From Gemmatimonadales bacterium (lineage in GTDB: Bacteria; Gemmatimonadota; Gemmatimonadetes; Gemmatimonadales; GWC2-71-9), in NCBI GenBank assembly GCA_038258395.1, contig JBBSPX010000001.1, forward strand, positions 1-61,912: a DNA stretch of 61,912 nt, written 5' to 3'. Below, piece by piece: positions 7,962 through 18,088 of the stretch. Numbering within the stretch: the stretch's first letter is position 1; each line of letters starts with the position of its first letter. Made by a program: the position numbers and the translations under genes. The notes beneath the pieces are model-generated. The model saw only the letters and a program-made list of their open reading frames with translations. It was not told the origin of the DNA and did no database searches.

Positions 7962-9470
7962 ATGCACAACACTCCTCCCGTCGACATGCCGCCGGACGAA
8001 TTCCGTCGCCATGGCTACGCCGTGATCGATCGCCTCGTCGATTACTTCGTCACTGCTGCCGCGCGACCGGCCTACCCTGCCGTATCTCCGCTGGATATCG
8101 CGCCGCTCTTCGACGTGCCGGCGCCGGAACATGGCGAGCCGCTCGAGACGATCCTCACCGACTGGGAGACGAAGATTCTCCCGAATTCCTCAGTGCAATC
8201 GAGTCCCCGATTCTTCGGCTGGGTCAATGGCGGCGGCAGTCAGGTCGGTGCCCTCGCCGATGCCCTCGCGAGCGGCCTCAACCCGAACCCGGGCGGTTGG
8301 CGAGCGGCACAGGCGGCCACGGTCATCGAGAACCAGACCATCCGCTGGCTTGCCGACTTGATGGGCCTCGACCCTTCGACCAGCGGACTGTTCGTCTCGG
8401 GCGGCACGATGGCCAACACCGCCGCACTCCGGATGGCCCTCACGGCGACGGCAGCCTGGGACATCGTGAACGAGGGTCTTCAATCTCCGGATCGGCCCCG
8501 CCATCTCACGGTCTACATGGCCGACCACGAGTCGCACGTCTCGCTCAAGAAGGCGGTTGACCTGCTCGGTCTCGGTCGCAACGCGATCCGTCTCGTGCCA
8601 TCGCGCCCCGACTTCACGATCGATCCCGACGCACTCGAGGCGATGCTCAGCAGCGACATCGCCAACGGGATGACACCATTCTGTCTCGTGGGCCACGCCG
8701 GATCGATCAATGTCGGCGCAATCGACGATCTCACCGCGATGGCCGACATCGCCACGCGTCACAAGCTCTGGTTTCATGTCGATGGCGCTTGTGGCGCGCT
8801 CGGCGCGATCCTGCCCGAACTGCGGCCACGGTATGCCGGGATGGAACGCGCCGATTCCGTCTCGTTCGATGCGCACAAGTGGATGGGTGTCCCCTACGAG
8901 TGCGGCTGCGTGATGGCTCGCGATCCGGCGCATCTTCGACAGGGATTCGCCGTCACGGCGAGCTACCTGAATGAGGATCACGACCCAGCACTCGAGCCGT
9001 TCGACTTCTACGATCGTGGCCCGCAGATGTCACGCGGCTGGCGCGCGCTCAAGGTGTGGCTCTCGCTTCGACACTACGGCGCCGAGGGGTACCGAGCCTT
9101 CTTCCGGCAGACGATCGACAACGCGCAATACCTGCATGGGTTGGTGAGTGCCCATCCCGCCTGGGAGGTCGTGCAGCCCTCGCCGGCGCTCTATATCTAT
9201 TCCTTCCGGTATGTCGGCGAGCCAGCATTCCAGGCGTCCCAGGCGTCCCTCGACGCCCTCAACGCCGAGATCGCCGATCAGATCAAGCTCCGGAAGATCG
9301 CCCTGGTCATGACCACCCGGATCCGGGGCCGGGTGACCCAACGCCTCTCGATTGCCAATCATCGGACCCGGCGGGAGGACGTTCTGGCGGTCTTCGAGGC
9401 GATGACCCGGATCGGGGCCGAACTCCATCCGGCGAGCCCGGCGCTGGACAAGATCGCCTCCGTGCAGTAG
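7962..9470 (+). CDS. Group II PLP-dependent amino-acid decarboxylase
   Basis: 'FVSGGTMANTAAL', 'WFHVDGACGA' and the PLP-lysine block 'SFDAHKWMGVPYECGC'. The track ORF begins at GTG 7857, but that extension is just the translated heptamer tract. I chose ATG 7962 (alternative 7986). No obvious SD. Confidence 0.85.
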   Translation: MHNTPPVDMPPDEFRRHGYAVIDRLVDYFVTAAARPAYPAVSPLDIAPLFDVPAPEHGEPLETILTDWETKILPNSSVQSSPRFFGWVNGGGSQVGALADALASGLNPNPGGWRAAQAATVIENQTIRWLADLMGLDPSTSGLFVSGGTMANTAALRMALTATAAWDIVNEGLQSPDRPRHLTVYMADHESHVSLKKAVDLLGLGRNAIRLVPSRPDFTIDPDALEAMLSSDIANGMTPFCLVGHAGSINVGAIDDLTAMADIATRHKLWFHVDGACGALGAILPELRPRYAGMERADSVSFDAHKWMGVPYECGCVMARDPAHLRQGFAVTASYLNEDHDPALEPFDFYDRGPQMSRGWRALKVWLSLRHYGAEGYRAFFRQTIDNAQYLHGLVSAHPAWEVVQPSPALYIYSFRYVGEPAFQASQASLDALNAEIADQIKLRKIALVMTTRIRGRVTQRLSIANHRTRREDVLAVFEAMTRIGAELHPASPALDKIASVQ

Positions 9471-9488
9471 CCTGAGGGGACAATATGG

Positions 9489-9504
9489 GGCCGGTTTTCC
9501 GGCC
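9489..9504 (+). terminator. Short hairpin after the decarboxylase gene
   Basis: 'ggccgg tttt ccggcc', 19 nt after the stop. Confidence 0.35.
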
Positions 9505-9610
9505 ACCCTTGCCGGGCGGGACTTTGGGTCCTGTCAGACGAAGGCGCCACTCTGGTGAAAAACCGGGGCGGCGCCTTTGTGCATTTCCGGAACATTGCCG
9601 GGGAGGAAGA

Positions 9611-10189
9611 ATGTCTTTCAGCTCGCTCCAGCAGCTCCTGACGAACCAGCTACGCGACCTTTACTCTGCGGAGCGTCAGGTCCTGCTGATCTGGCCGCAG
9701 TTCGCGCAGCAGGTCCGATCCTCCTCGCTCAGAGAGGCCATGGAGTCTCATCGGGCCGAGGCGGGTCGGCAGCTCGCCCGCTTGATCGAGGTCCTCGACA
9801 TCCTGAATCAAAGTGCCACCGGGCTCCGGAGTCGAGGGATGGAGGGCCTCCTCGTCGAGCTGTTGACCCAGCTGGCCACTGGCAATCCCTCCCCGGTTCG
9901 GGACGCCGCCATCTTGGCTGGGTGCCAACGTGTCGAAAGTTATGAAGTGGCAGGGTACGGCAGCGCGATTTCGATCGCGAGGGCCCTCGACCTGCCGCAG
10001 GCCGTCGGGCTCCTCTCCGCGACACTGGCCGAGGAGGAAGCGGCCGGAAGGCGCCTTGAGATGATCGCCACTGCCGAGATCTATCCAGCGGCGGTCGCCT
10101 ATGCATCGGTGGTGCGGACGCCGGTACTCGAGGCCGAGGCAATCCCGATTACCAGTGCGCGGTCGCTCCGTGGTGGGCTTCGCGCCTGA
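9611..10189 (+). CDS. Ferritin-like DUF892 (YciE/YciF family) protein, copy A
   Basis: Track ORF 9485.. trimmed to ATG 9611, preceded by 'gggaggaag'. 'LRDLYSAERQ', 'GMEGLL', 'CQRVESYEVAGYG' and 'TLAEEEAAGRRL' align block for block with the canonical copy at 55148..55648. Confidence 0.8.
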   Translation: MSFSSLQQLLTNQLRDLYSAERQVLLIWPQFAQQVRSSSLREAMESHRAEAGRQLARLIEVLDILNQSATGLRSRGMEGLLVELLTQLATGNPSPVRDAAILAGCQRVESYEVAGYGSAISIARALDLPQAVGLLSATLAEEEAAGRRLEMIATAEIYPAAVAYASVVRTPVLEAEAIPITSARSLRGGLRA

Positions 10190-10242
10190 GACGTCCCCCA
10201 ACCCGACTGGCAAAACGGGGGCATGGAGATGATCATCCAACG

Positions 10243-12660
10243 ATGACCGCGACACCGCTGGTTTCTTCCGCCCGCCCACGACGCATCCAGGCCCGGGGCC
10301 GCGCTCGTGCCGCGGCTTGGGCCGCGCTCGCGATTGGCCTCCTTGCCATCACCACAACTCCGATCTGGGAATCGATCGGCGTCGTGCTCCTCGCCATCGC
10401 GATCGTGCTCGCCTGCCGACGTGTGCCGGTCGGCAACGGTCTCGCCGCACTCGGCGCGCTGGCTGCCGCGCTGGTCCTCCTCGCCGCCCTACTCCGACCG
10501 GCCCTCCTGCCCATCAGTGCCGATTGGGCTGGGGTCGCGGTATTGCTGGTCGGCTCCGGCGCATTGGTGGTCGCGGCCTTCGGTCCGCGTGGCATTCAGC
10601 GGATTGCGATGGGGGTCGGTGGCTTCACGCTCACCGCGGTCGGTGGCACGGCAATCTTCGTCCGGATTGTCGGCAGTTACGACCTCCTCGGTCCTCGCAC
10701 CCTGGGAGCCATCCCTCTTACGCTCATTGCGACCACCGTTCTCCTCGGGATCGCCTTCCTCTTCTTTGCCTGGGGCGAGGAAGACTTCAGCGAGAGCTAC
10801 CCAAGTTGGCTTCCTGCCGCCGTCGCCGTCGCCGGCGTGGCCGCCAGCATCTTTCTCTGGCGCGCACTCGTGGTCCGGGAGGAATCGGAGCTCACCCGCC
10901 GCAGTGTGAGTATTGCTGGTCGTGCCGCCCAGGCGATCCGGCGCGAAGTCGATGGCGCGCAGCAGGTGCTCCGGCAGTTTGCGCTTCGTCAGAATGCCTC
11001 CGACTCACTCGAGACGCTCGCCTTGACGCAACTCCGCCCGGATGTCCCCGCGGCCAGCGTCCTGGCGATCCTCGACTCGCTCGGCACGCCGACCACCGCG
11101 ATTCCAAGTCTCGCGGCCGCGAAGCCTATCGCGCAGGCCGTCCCTGTCCGGGCGATCGCACGCGTGCAGGGTCAGGCGCCCGTCGCGATCCTCCCGATTC
11201 CGAACGACACCTCGCGGATCGTGATCCATGCAGCATCGTGCGTGGCCGGCGCCTGTCGTGGCGGTGTTGCCGCGATCATCACCACCGAACGCCTCCTGCA
11301 GCGTGCCGCCAATGAGCTCTCCGCCGATTGGACGATCGCGATTGGTGCGCCGCGTGCCATGCCGCCGACGTCCAGCACGTCACTCCAGGTCGTGCCGCTC
11401 AACATCGGCAACATCAACTGGATCCTGATCGCACGCCCCACCCCAGCCACGGTTGGCGCCCTCCGCTCTACCCTCCCGGAGGTTGCGCTGATCCTGGGGT
11501 TGATCGTGAGCGGACTGCTCTCGGTCACCGTCCGACTCGGCGATCGCGCGTTCCGTGGTGCCCGAATGATGGAACGGATGCAATTGCAATCGGCACTGGA
11601 CCGCAACACCGATGCACTCTGGGAGTGGGACGTCACCAGCGGCGCGCTCGACCGCTCGCCCGAACTCTGGCGCTACATGGGCTTCGATCCAGCCACGATG
11701 AAGCACACGCTTGATGAATGGCTCGAGCTGGTTCATCCCGACGACCGCGACCGTGTCGCCGGTGAACTGTGGAGTCAGGTCGAACACGACCGCGCCACGT
11801 TCGAAACGGAGTATCGTCTTGCGACGCCGGCGGGCGACTGGCACGAGATCGTCGACCGGGGTCGTGCCGTCGAACGCGACGCCGAAGGTCGTGCCGTGCG
11901 CGTGCTCGGCATCAGCGCCGATGTGACCAAGGCTCGACGTCGGGAACAGGAGTTCCGCGAAGTCGAGGCGCTCACCTCAATGGGGCGGGTCGCCGCGCGC
12001 GTCGCGCACGAGATCAACAATCCGCTCGCCGGCATCCGCAACGCATTCCTGCTGATCAAGGATGCGGTCCCCGAGGATCATCCGCACCATCGCTATGTTG
12101 GCGCCATCGAACGCGAAGTCGATCGCATCGCCACCGTGACACGCGGACTCTACGAGACCTACCGACCCGAACGGGAGGGGTCGACCACGGCAGTCTCCAG
12201 CGTGATTGGCGATGCCGTGGCACTGCTCGGCGAGATGAACCGGAAGTCGCAAGTCACCATTGAGACGAACTTGACGGACATCCCGCCCGTGGTGGCCATG
12301 CGTGGTGCCTTGCTCCGCCAGATCGTCTACAACCTTGTACAGAACGCGATCGATGCCTCGCCGCCGGGTGGAGTCGTCACGATGAGCGGTCGCATGAACG
12401 GCCGGGGGATGATTCTCGAGGTGTCCGACGAGGGCAGCGGCGTCCCGATCGGCCTCCGGGATCGCGTCTTCGAGGCGTTCTTCACCACCAAGGGCTCCAA
12501 CGCCGAGAACAGCGGCATGGGGCTCGGCTTGTCGATGGTATCACGCAGCGTCAAAGCAGCGGGCGGCACGATCTCCGTCGGCGACAACGCGGTCGGTGGG
12601 GCCATCTTTCGGGTCGTACTACCGATCGATCATCCTGGGAACGAGGACATGCAGTCATGA
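10243..12660 (+). CDS. Membrane sensor histidine kinase (multi-TM N-terminus, PAS, HisKA, HATPase)
   Basis: ~200 aa of hydrophobic helices, then a PAS-like 'WEWDVTSGALDRSPELWRYMGFD...HPDDRDRV'. H-box 'AARVAHEINNPLAGI', G-box 'GMGLGLSMVSRSVKAAGGTISV'. Confidence 0.85.
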   Translation: MTATPLVSSARPRRIQARGRARAAAWAALAIGLLAITTTPIWESIGVVLLAIAIVLACRRVPVGNGLAALGALAAALVLLAALLRPALLPISADWAGVAVLLVGSGALVVAAFGPRGIQRIAMGVGGFTLTAVGGTAIFVRIVGSYDLLGPRTLGAIPLTLIATTVLLGIAFLFFAWGEEDFSESYPSWLPAAVAVAGVAASIFLWRALVVREESELTRRSVSIAGRAAQAIRREVDGAQQVLRQFALRQNASDSLETLALTQLRPDVPAASVLAILDSLGTPTTAIPSLAAAKPIAQAVPVRAIARVQGQAPVAILPIPNDTSRIVIHAASCVAGACRGGVAAIITTERLLQRAANELSADWTIAIGAPRAMPPTSSTSLQVVPLNIGNINWILIARPTPATVGALRSTLPEVALILGLIVSGLLSVTVRLGDRAFRGARMMERMQLQSALDRNTDALWEWDVTSGALDRSPELWRYMGFDPATMKHTLDEWLELVHPDDRDRVAGELWSQVEHDRATFETEYRLATPAGDWHEIVDRGRAVERDAEGRAVRVLGISADVTKARRREQEFREVEALTSMGRVAARVAHEINNPLAGIRNAFLLIKDAVPEDHPHHRYVGAIEREVDRIATVTRGLYETYRPEREGSTTAVSSVIGDAVALLGEMNRKSQVTIETNLTDIPPVVAMRGALLRQIVYNLVQNAIDASPPGGVVTMSGRMNGRGMILEVSDEGSGVPIGLRDRVFEAFFTTKGSNAENSGMGLGLSMVSRSVKAAGGTISVGDNAVGGAIFRVVLPIDHPGNEDMQS

Positions 12661-13379
12661 GCACCATGGGACGGATCCTGCTTGCCGACGATGAGACCGT
12701 CTTCGCCGAAGCGACGGCGGACCTGTTGCGGCGCGAGGGGTACGAGGTTGACACCGTCGGTGATGCGCCGGCAGCGATCGCGGCCGCCGAGACGAGCGAC
12801 TACGATCTCGTCATCAGCGACCTCGAGATGCCCGGCAACGACGATCTTGCCCTCCTCAGGCGCCTGTCCGAGAGTCGTGGTGGCCTGCCGGTCATCGTGG
12901 TGACGGGGTACCCATCGACACGATCGGCGATGGTCTGCATCGACTTGCCCGTCGCGGCGTACCTCACGAAGCCGATCGACTTCGGGACACTTCGTGACAA
13001 GAGTGTCGAGGCAATCCGCCGTTACCGTGCGTGGCAGGCGATGCGGCAAAGCGAGGCGCGTGCCGCCGAGTGGCGTAACGAATTGTCGACGCTCGCCGAC
13101 GCGACCCCGGGAGGGGCCGGCGTCGATTCGTTTCTGGCCCTCACCCTTCGGAATGTGATGGGCTCGATCACGGACTTGCAGCAGATCGGTCAGGCAGCGA
13201 TCATCGGCGCGCCCCGCAACGCCCACGCCTGCCAGATCATCAACTGCCCGCGCGGTGCACAGCTGACGCAGGCGATCAAGGAGACGGTCGACGTCCTCGA
13301 GAGCACCAAGGGTTCGTTCAAGTCAAAGGCGCTGGGCGACTTGCGCCACAAGCTCGAACTCCTGCTGGCTGTCAGTTGA
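12657..13379 (+). CDS. Response regulator: receiver domain plus an uncharacterised ~110-aa C-terminal domain
   Basis: ATGA overlap with the upstream kinase gene. Receiver motifs 'ILLADDE', 'DLVISDLEMPGNDD' and 'YLTKP'. I do not recognise the C-terminal half ('...ACQIINCPRGAQLTQAIKETVDVLESTKG...') as a DNA-binding or enzymatic output domain. Confidence 0.8.
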   Translation: MSTMGRILLADDETVFAEATADLLRREGYEVDTVGDAPAAIAAAETSDYDLVISDLEMPGNDDLALLRRLSESRGGLPVIVVTGYPSTRSAMVCIDLPVAAYLTKPIDFGTLRDKSVEAIRRYRAWQAMRQSEARAAEWRNELSTLADATPGGAGVDSFLALTLRNVMGSITDLQQIGQAAIIGAPRNAHACQIINCPRGAQLTQAIKETVDVLESTKGSFKSKALGDLRHKLELLLAVS

Positions 13380-13390
13380 GGGCGGCCATC

Positions 13391-13606
13391 ATGAACGCCC
13401 CGACCAAACCCAACCCATTCCGTGGCGGCGACCCCGTCGGTCACCCGCTCGAGGCCAAGGCGAAGGCGCACGCGCCACACGAGCCGCATCGATTGACCAC
13501 CTACCGGCCATCGGGAACCGAGGTACCGCGATATGTCGGGCCGACCGATCGTCGCAAGGGAAGAATCCGGCGATTCTTCTGGGCCCTCTTCCACCCCTTC
13601 GGCTAG
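13391..13606 (+). CDS. Possible 71-aa basic hypothetical protein
   Basis: Internal ATG of track ORF 13376..13606. GC3 is high throughout and it ends just before the hairpin at 13620-13648. No recognisable family, no clear SD. Confidence 0.3.
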   Translation: MNAPTKPNPFRGGDPVGHPLEAKAKAHAPHEPHRLTTYRPSGTEVPRYVGPTDRRKGRIRRFFWALFHPFG

Positions 13607-13619
13607 CCCCAAACAGAAC

Positions 13620-13648
13620 GCCCCGGCACTCCATGGGAGTACCGGGGC
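13620..13648. terminator. Bidirectional hairpin between ORF 13391..13606 (+) and tRNA-Phe (-)
   Basis: 'gccccggcact ccatggg agtaccggggc' forms an 11-bp stem with one mismatch. Confidence 0.55.
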
Positions 13649-13658
13649 GACCGAAGAG

Positions 13659-13731
13659 TGGCCAGGGAGGGAATTGAACCCCCGACACCGTGATTTTCAG
13701 TCACGTGCTCTACCAACTGAGCTACCTGGCC
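13659..13731 (-). tRNA. tRNA-Phe (anticodon GAA)
   Basis: The reverse complement folds by hand into a cloverleaf: acceptor GGCCAGG/CCTGGCC, D-arm GCTC-AGTTGGTA-GAGC, anticodon arm CGTGA-CTGAAAA-TCACG, T-arm GGGGG-TTCAATT-CCCTC, discriminator A. 73 nt; CCA is not encoded. Confidence 0.95.
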
Positions 13732-13790
13732 GAGGCCGTGCGGGGCGAGAAGTTACCCGCCGAAGGGGGGTGCGGGCAAGAGAGGCAGCC

Positions 13791-14123
13791 CTACTCTCCC
13801 GTCAGCCGGAGCCCCAGGATCCCCACCACAATCAGCCCGATCGAGGCGAGCCGGAGCGCGGCCCGAGACTCCCCGAGGAGCACGATCCCGAGGATCGCCG
13901 TGCCCACGGCTCCGATTCCGGTCCAGACCGCATAGCCCGTCCCCGCTGGCAGGACCCGGAGTGCCTGCGAGAGCAGCCACATCGAGGCCGCCATCGCCAT
14001 CAGGGTGGCGGCGCTGATCGCCGGCCGGGTGAAGCCCTCGGAGTACTTGAGCCCCATCGCCCATGCCACCTCGAGGAGTCCGGCGATGGCGACGAATAAC
14101 CAGGCGCGTGAGGTGGTCATCAT
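13791..14123 (-). CDS. sugE: SMR-family transporter SugE/Gdx (guanidinium / quaternary-cation exporter)
   Basis: Track ORF trimmed to ATGATG 14123. '[28 protein letters not shown]' and '[28 protein letters not shown]' are nearly collinear with E. coli SugE, including the essential membrane Glu. Confidence 0.9.
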   Translation of the reverse strand: MMTTSRAWLFVAIAGLLEVAWAMGLKYSEGFTRPAISAATLMAMAASMWLLSQALRVLPAGTGYAVWTGIGAVGTAILGIVLLGESRAALRLASIGLIVVGILGLRLTGE

Positions 14124-14274
14124 CAATCCGTCACCAGGATCTGCAATCCCATCGCCGCGACCGACTGGGTCACACCGGTGACCGCACGACGGTGATCGTC
14201 GGCCTGTCCCAGATGCCAGACGAGGTGATTGGTGAGGTGCACCAGCAGGCATCTCTGCACATCACGGAAGGGAT

Positions 14275-14832
14275 TCACTTTGGTGCTCGCGTGTTGGCGT
14301 CACGCACTCGCTCCGCCTGCCAGAGGTGACGACGTTCGTGCGCCACGATGATCCGGAGGGCGGAATACGCAGAGTAGCGGAGTTTGTCGTTGAACGGCGA
14401 TGCGATCCGGACCCGCGAGACATCGAGACCGTCCATCTCGCGGATCAGGTCGGTCAGCCTCGCCTGAACCGATTCGAAGCGCGCGAGGGTCGCGGAGCGA
14501 CCGGCGCTGCTCGGGGGCTGGAACGACGGGCTGGTCGGCAACTTGAACCGCACCGGCGGCTCCATCATCCAGCGGAGCATCCGACCGGCGAGATCCTGCT
14601 TGAGCGGCATCGGCGGGTCGCTCATCACGGGCGCGGCATCGATCGCCTCGACGAGGACCGGGATGTAGCGTTCGTTGGTCAGCGTCAGGTGCGCAACACA
14701 TTCATCGATCGACCAGCCACCGGCAGCCGCGCGACGGCTCCAGCCGCTGCTGTCGACCGTCTCGGCGAGGCGGTGCAACCGCGCACCCGCCTCGGTGAAC
14801 TCGCTCGAGGTGCGCTCGAGATCCAGATGCAT
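14275..14832 (-). CDS. DinB-superfamily protein
   Basis: 'WSIDECVAHLTLTNERY' and C-terminal 'LRIIVAHERRHLWQAE' are the typical DinB_2 His motifs. Confidence 0.8.
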   Translation of the reverse strand: MHLDLERTSSEFTEAGARLHRLAETVDSSGWSRRAAAGGWSIDECVAHLTLTNERYIPVLVEAIDAAPVMSDPPMPLKQDLAGRMLRWMMEPPVRFKLPTSPSFQPPSSAGRSATLARFESVQARLTDLIREMDGLDVSRVRIASPFNDKLRYSAYSALRIIVAHERRHLWQAERVRDANTRAPK

Positions 14833-14870
14833 GGCGAGTCAGCGCTGACGGAATCGAAGCAGCGCCCGAT

Positions 14871-15494
14871 TCACGGCAGCTCTCCCTGTCCGGCGATGAT
14901 CGATCCGACCAGTCCGTATTCAATCGCCTCCTCCGCGCTGAGCCAGAAGTTCCGATGGGTATCGTCCTCGATCCGCTCGAGGGTCTGACCCGTCTCGCGT
15001 GCAAAGATCCGGTTGAGCCGTTCACGCATCTTGACGATCTCACGTGCCTCGATCGCGATGTCCGAGGCCGTCCCGCCCGAACCACCGGCCGGCTGGTGCA
15101 GCAGGAATCGCGTGTTCGGCAGGCAGAAGCGCATCTCACGAGGCACGGACACATAGATCAGCGCACCGGCACTGGCAACCCAGCCGGTCCCGACCATGTG
15201 CACCGGCGGTGACACGAAGCGAATCATGTCGTGGATCGTGTCGCCCGCCTCGACGTGCCCGCCCTGCGAGTTGATGTACAACGTGATCGGTGCCTTCGGA
15301 TCGGCGGCGGAGAGTGCCAGCAACTGCGCGGTGACCCGTTCGGCCACTCGCTGGTCGATGCCACCGGAGATGATGATCGTGCGTGCCTCGAACAACCGCT
15401 CGGTGAGCGCATCATTCTGGCGTGGGGAAGAGGTGTCGCGTTCGGCCATGAGTGAGGTCTTCGGTTCCAGGTCGAGAGGGTCAGCGCCTGTCAT
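14871..15494 (-). CDS. clpP: ClpP-family protease subunit (orphan paralogue)
   Basis: '[22 protein letters not shown]', Ser block '[10 protein letters not shown]', His block 'FLLHQPAGG', C-terminal '[21 protein letters not shown]'. No clpX or clpA is adjacent. Confidence 0.85.
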   Translation of the reverse strand: MTGADPLDLEPKTSLMAERDTSSPRQNDALTERLFEARTIIISGGIDQRVAERVTAQLLALSAADPKAPITLYINSQGGHVEAGDTIHDMIRFVSPPVHMVGTGWVASAGALIYVSVPREMRFCLPNTRFLLHQPAGGSGGTASDIAIEAREIVKMRERLNRIFARETGQTLERIEDDTHRNFWLSAEEAIEYGLVGSIIAGQGELP

Positions 15495-15696
15495 GACGCT
15501 GGCGAGTAAAGCGAACCAGCCACCAGATACCGGCGCCGATCATGCAGAGCGCCCCGACGCCGTACATCGGGATGAGCACATACTGCCACTTGGCACTCGT
15601 CTCGCCCGGATGGCTCAGCGTCGCGGCCAGTCCGACCAGCGACAACGCCGTCAGCAGGACTCCCACGATGAGCACCACCCGCATCCGGTAGGGCAT
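15481..15696 (-). CDS. Small two-helix membrane protein
   Basis: 71 aa with two clear hydrophobic helices and a basic tail. It overlaps the clpP start by 14 nt. No family recognised. Confidence 0.45.
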   Translation of the reverse strand: MPYRMRVVLIVGVLLTALSLVGLAATLSHPGETSAKWQYVLIPMYGVGALCMIGAGIWWLVRFTRQRHDRR

Positions 15697-15755
15697 GGGC
15701 TAACCCTAACCGGGGAGCAGCGAGGCGCCTAGGGGGTGCGGCCGCAAGCAGCCCG

Positions 15756-17399
15756 TCACGGCTCGAGATACCAGCGCAACAGCGCGTTGGTCGAGCTGTC
15801 GTGCGCGAGTGCCGCGGTATCACCCGCTGTGATCTCATCGCCGATGCGCTTGGCGAGCACCTTGCCGAGCTCGACGCCCCACTGATCAAATGAGTCGATA
15901 TCCCAGATCGTTCCCTGCACAAACACACTGTGCTCGTAGAGCGCGACCAGCGAGCCGAGCATGCTGGGAGTGAGCCGTGCCGCCAGCAGCGTCGACGACG
16001 GTCGGTTCCCCGGGAAGGTGCGAGGCGGCACGAGCCCCTCGGCCGTACCCTCTGCCCGCACCTCGTCCGCGGTCTTCCCGAACGCCAGCGCTTCGGCCTG
16101 AGCAAAGACGTTGGCCATCAGGAGATCGTGATGGGCACCGAGCGGATTGAGTGATTCCCTGAACGCCAGGAAATCTGCCGGGATGATCTCGGTGCCCTGA
16201 TGGATCAGCTGGTAGAACGAATGCTGCCCGTTGGTGCCCGGCTCGCCCCAGACCACCGGACCGGTGGCATGATCGACGGGACGGCCATCCTGAGTCACCC
16301 GTTTTCCGTTGCTCTCCATCATCAACTGCTGCAGGTAGGCCGGGAACCGCGACAGGTACTGATCGTACGGCAGCACCGCCAGCGTGGCCGCGCCCTGGAA
16401 GTTGATGTTCCAGATGGCCAGCAATCCCATCAGCACCGGAAGGTTCCGCTCGAACGGTGTCGTCCGGAAGTGCACGTCCATCGCGTGGAAGCCGGCCAGC
16501 ATCTCGCGGAACTGCTCGGATCCGATCGCGATCATCGTCGAGAGGCCGATGGCGGAATCCATCGAGTACCGGCCACCCACCCAGTCCCAGAACCCGAACA
16601 TGTTCGCCGTGTCGATGCCGAACGCCTCGACACCCTCGGCGTTGGTCGACACGGCCACGAAGTGTCGACGGATCGCGGCCTCGTCGTGGAGTGTCCCGAG
16701 ACACCAGATGCGCGCCGAGTGGGCGTTGGTCAACGTCTCGAGCGTGGTGAAGGTCTTCGAGCAGACGATGAAGAGCGTCTCCGCTGGATCGAGATCACGC
16801 GTCGCCTCGACGAAGTCGGTGCCATCGATATTGGAGACGAACCAGAAGATGAGGTCGCGCTGGCTGTAGTGCCGGAGTGCCTGATGGGCCATCACCGGCC
16901 CCAGATCAGAGCCGCCGATGCCGATGTTGATCACGTTTCTGATTCGCTTGCCGGTGTGTCCCTTCCACGCACCGCTCCGGACCGCGCTTGAGAACTTCCC
17001 CATCCGGTCGAGCACGGCATGCACGTCGGGCACCACGTTTCGTCCCTCGGCCATGATCGTCTCGCCAGCCGGCGCACGGAGTGCCACATGCAGCACCGCA
17101 CGGTCCTCGGTGCGATTGATGTGCGCGCCGCCGAACATCGCCTCGATCCGGTTGGCCAGGTCGCGCGCACGGGCCAGGCCGAGCAGGAGTGTGTGGGTCT
17201 CGTCAGTAATCCGCTGCTTGGCGTAGTCGAGGCGGATCCCTGCGGCCTCCGCGACGAGTCGGGTGCCCCGTTCCGGATCATCCGCGAACAACGTGCGCAG
17301 ATGCGTCTTCCCGATCAGGTCGTGATGCGCCACGAGTGCGTGCCATTCGGCCGTTGTCGTGAGGGAGGGAAGCGATGGGCCAGCATCATTGGTGCTCAT
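15756..17399 (-). CDS. pgi: Glucose-6-phosphate isomerase
   Basis: 547 aa with classic PGI blocks: '[11 protein letters not shown]', '[13 protein letters not shown]', '[11 protein letters not shown]', 'MESNGK', '[18 protein letters not shown]'. Confidence 0.95.
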   Translation of the reverse strand: MSTNDAGPSLPSLTTTAEWHALVAHHDLIGKTHLRTLFADDPERGTRLVAEAAGIRLDYAKQRITDETHTLLLGLARARDLANRIEAMFGGAHINRTEDRAVLHVALRAPAGETIMAEGRNVVPDVHAVLDRMGKFSSAVRSGAWKGHTGKRIRNVINIGIGGSDLGPVMAHQALRHYSQRDLIFWFVSNIDGTDFVEATRDLDPAETLFIVCSKTFTTLETLTNAHSARIWCLGTLHDEAAIRRHFVAVSTNAEGVEAFGIDTANMFGFWDWVGGRYSMDSAIGLSTMIAIGSEQFREMLAGFHAMDVHFRTTPFERNLPVLMGLLAIWNINFQGAATLAVLPYDQYLSRFPAYLQQLMMESNGKRVTQDGRPVDHATGPVVWGEPGTNGQHSFYQLIHQGTEIIPADFLAFRESLNPLGAHHDLLMANVFAQAEALAFGKTADEVRAEGTAEGLVPPRTFPGNRPSSTLLAARLTPSMLGSLVALYEHSVFVQGTIWDIDSFDQWGVELGKVLAKRIGDEITAGDTAALAHDSSTNALLRWYLEP

Positions 17400-18088
17400 G
17401 TGCGGCCTCCGGAGGTCCTCTGCATCAGCAGCTCGGGGTCGAGAGTGAGGAGGTCGCCGATCCTTTCGATCGTCACGTCGGCCGCCGGGTAGCGAGATAA
17501 GATCTCAGGGTCGTGGGCATAGTGACCTTGCCTCGGGAAGACCGTGGTCACGTCATCGCCCCACGCAGTCTTGAACGCGGTCAAGAGGCGCAGCTTGTCG
17601 TCGACCAACACGTAGTGGTCGGCGGGGTATTGCTCTCGAATCACGTCGAGCATCTCTTCCTTGTGGATGAAGATCTCCATGCGGCCACCGACCGCGTCCC
17701 GGATACCCGAGCGAATCACCTTCCGTGGCTGGAACACCGCATCGCCATCGGTCAGCAGCACGGTCGTGCCCATCGTATCGAGACGCCGCACCACGGCGAG
17801 CGCATCGGGATAGAGCCGTTCGGCGAACGGATAATCGACCAACCAACTCGACATCTCAAGGATCCGACTATCTGTGAGGTTGGCCAGGCGGTAACGCTGA
17901 AGGGCGCCGAGGTAGTCGGCGTAGCCACGCTCGGTGCGGAGCGACTCATAGATTTCCCAGTAGCGATCCCGGGACTCCGGCCCAACCTCGGCCACCAGAT
18001 GCTCACTGAGCGCTGCGATCACGGCATCGTTGTCGAGCAGCGTGTTGTCGCAGTCGAGCAGGAACACCACGCCAGAGGGGTGCGTCAT
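17396..18088 (-). CDS. HAD-superfamily hydrolase
   Basis: Motif I '[13 protein letters not shown]' and motif IV-like 'VLVDDK'. It has ATGA overlaps with both pgm (upstream) and pgi (downstream). Confidence 0.8.
   Translation of the reverse strand: MTHPSGVVFLLDCDNTLLDNDAVIAALSEHLVAEVGPESRDRYWEIYESLRTERGYADYLGALQRYRLANLTDSRILEMSSWLVDYPFAERLYPDALAVVRRLDTMGTTVLLTDGDAVFQPRKVIRSGIRDAVGGRMEIFIHKEEMLDVIREQYPADHYVLVDDKLRLLTAFKTAWGDDVTTVFPRQGHYAHDPEILSRYPAADVTIERIGDLLTLDPELLMQRTSGGRT

Noticed and set aside
14124-14274. Looked for a guanidine riboswitch (ykkC, mini-ykkC, ykkC-III) in the 150-nt leader of sugE/gdx, because these exporters are often riboswitch-controlled
   Set aside because: The reverse-complemented leader shows no pair of ACGR-loop hairpins, no 'CCGGACGAGG...' guanidine-III core, and no ykkC 'GGGA...ACGG..CCGAGAG'-type blocks that I can recognise. 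An Infernal scan would be needed to be certain.
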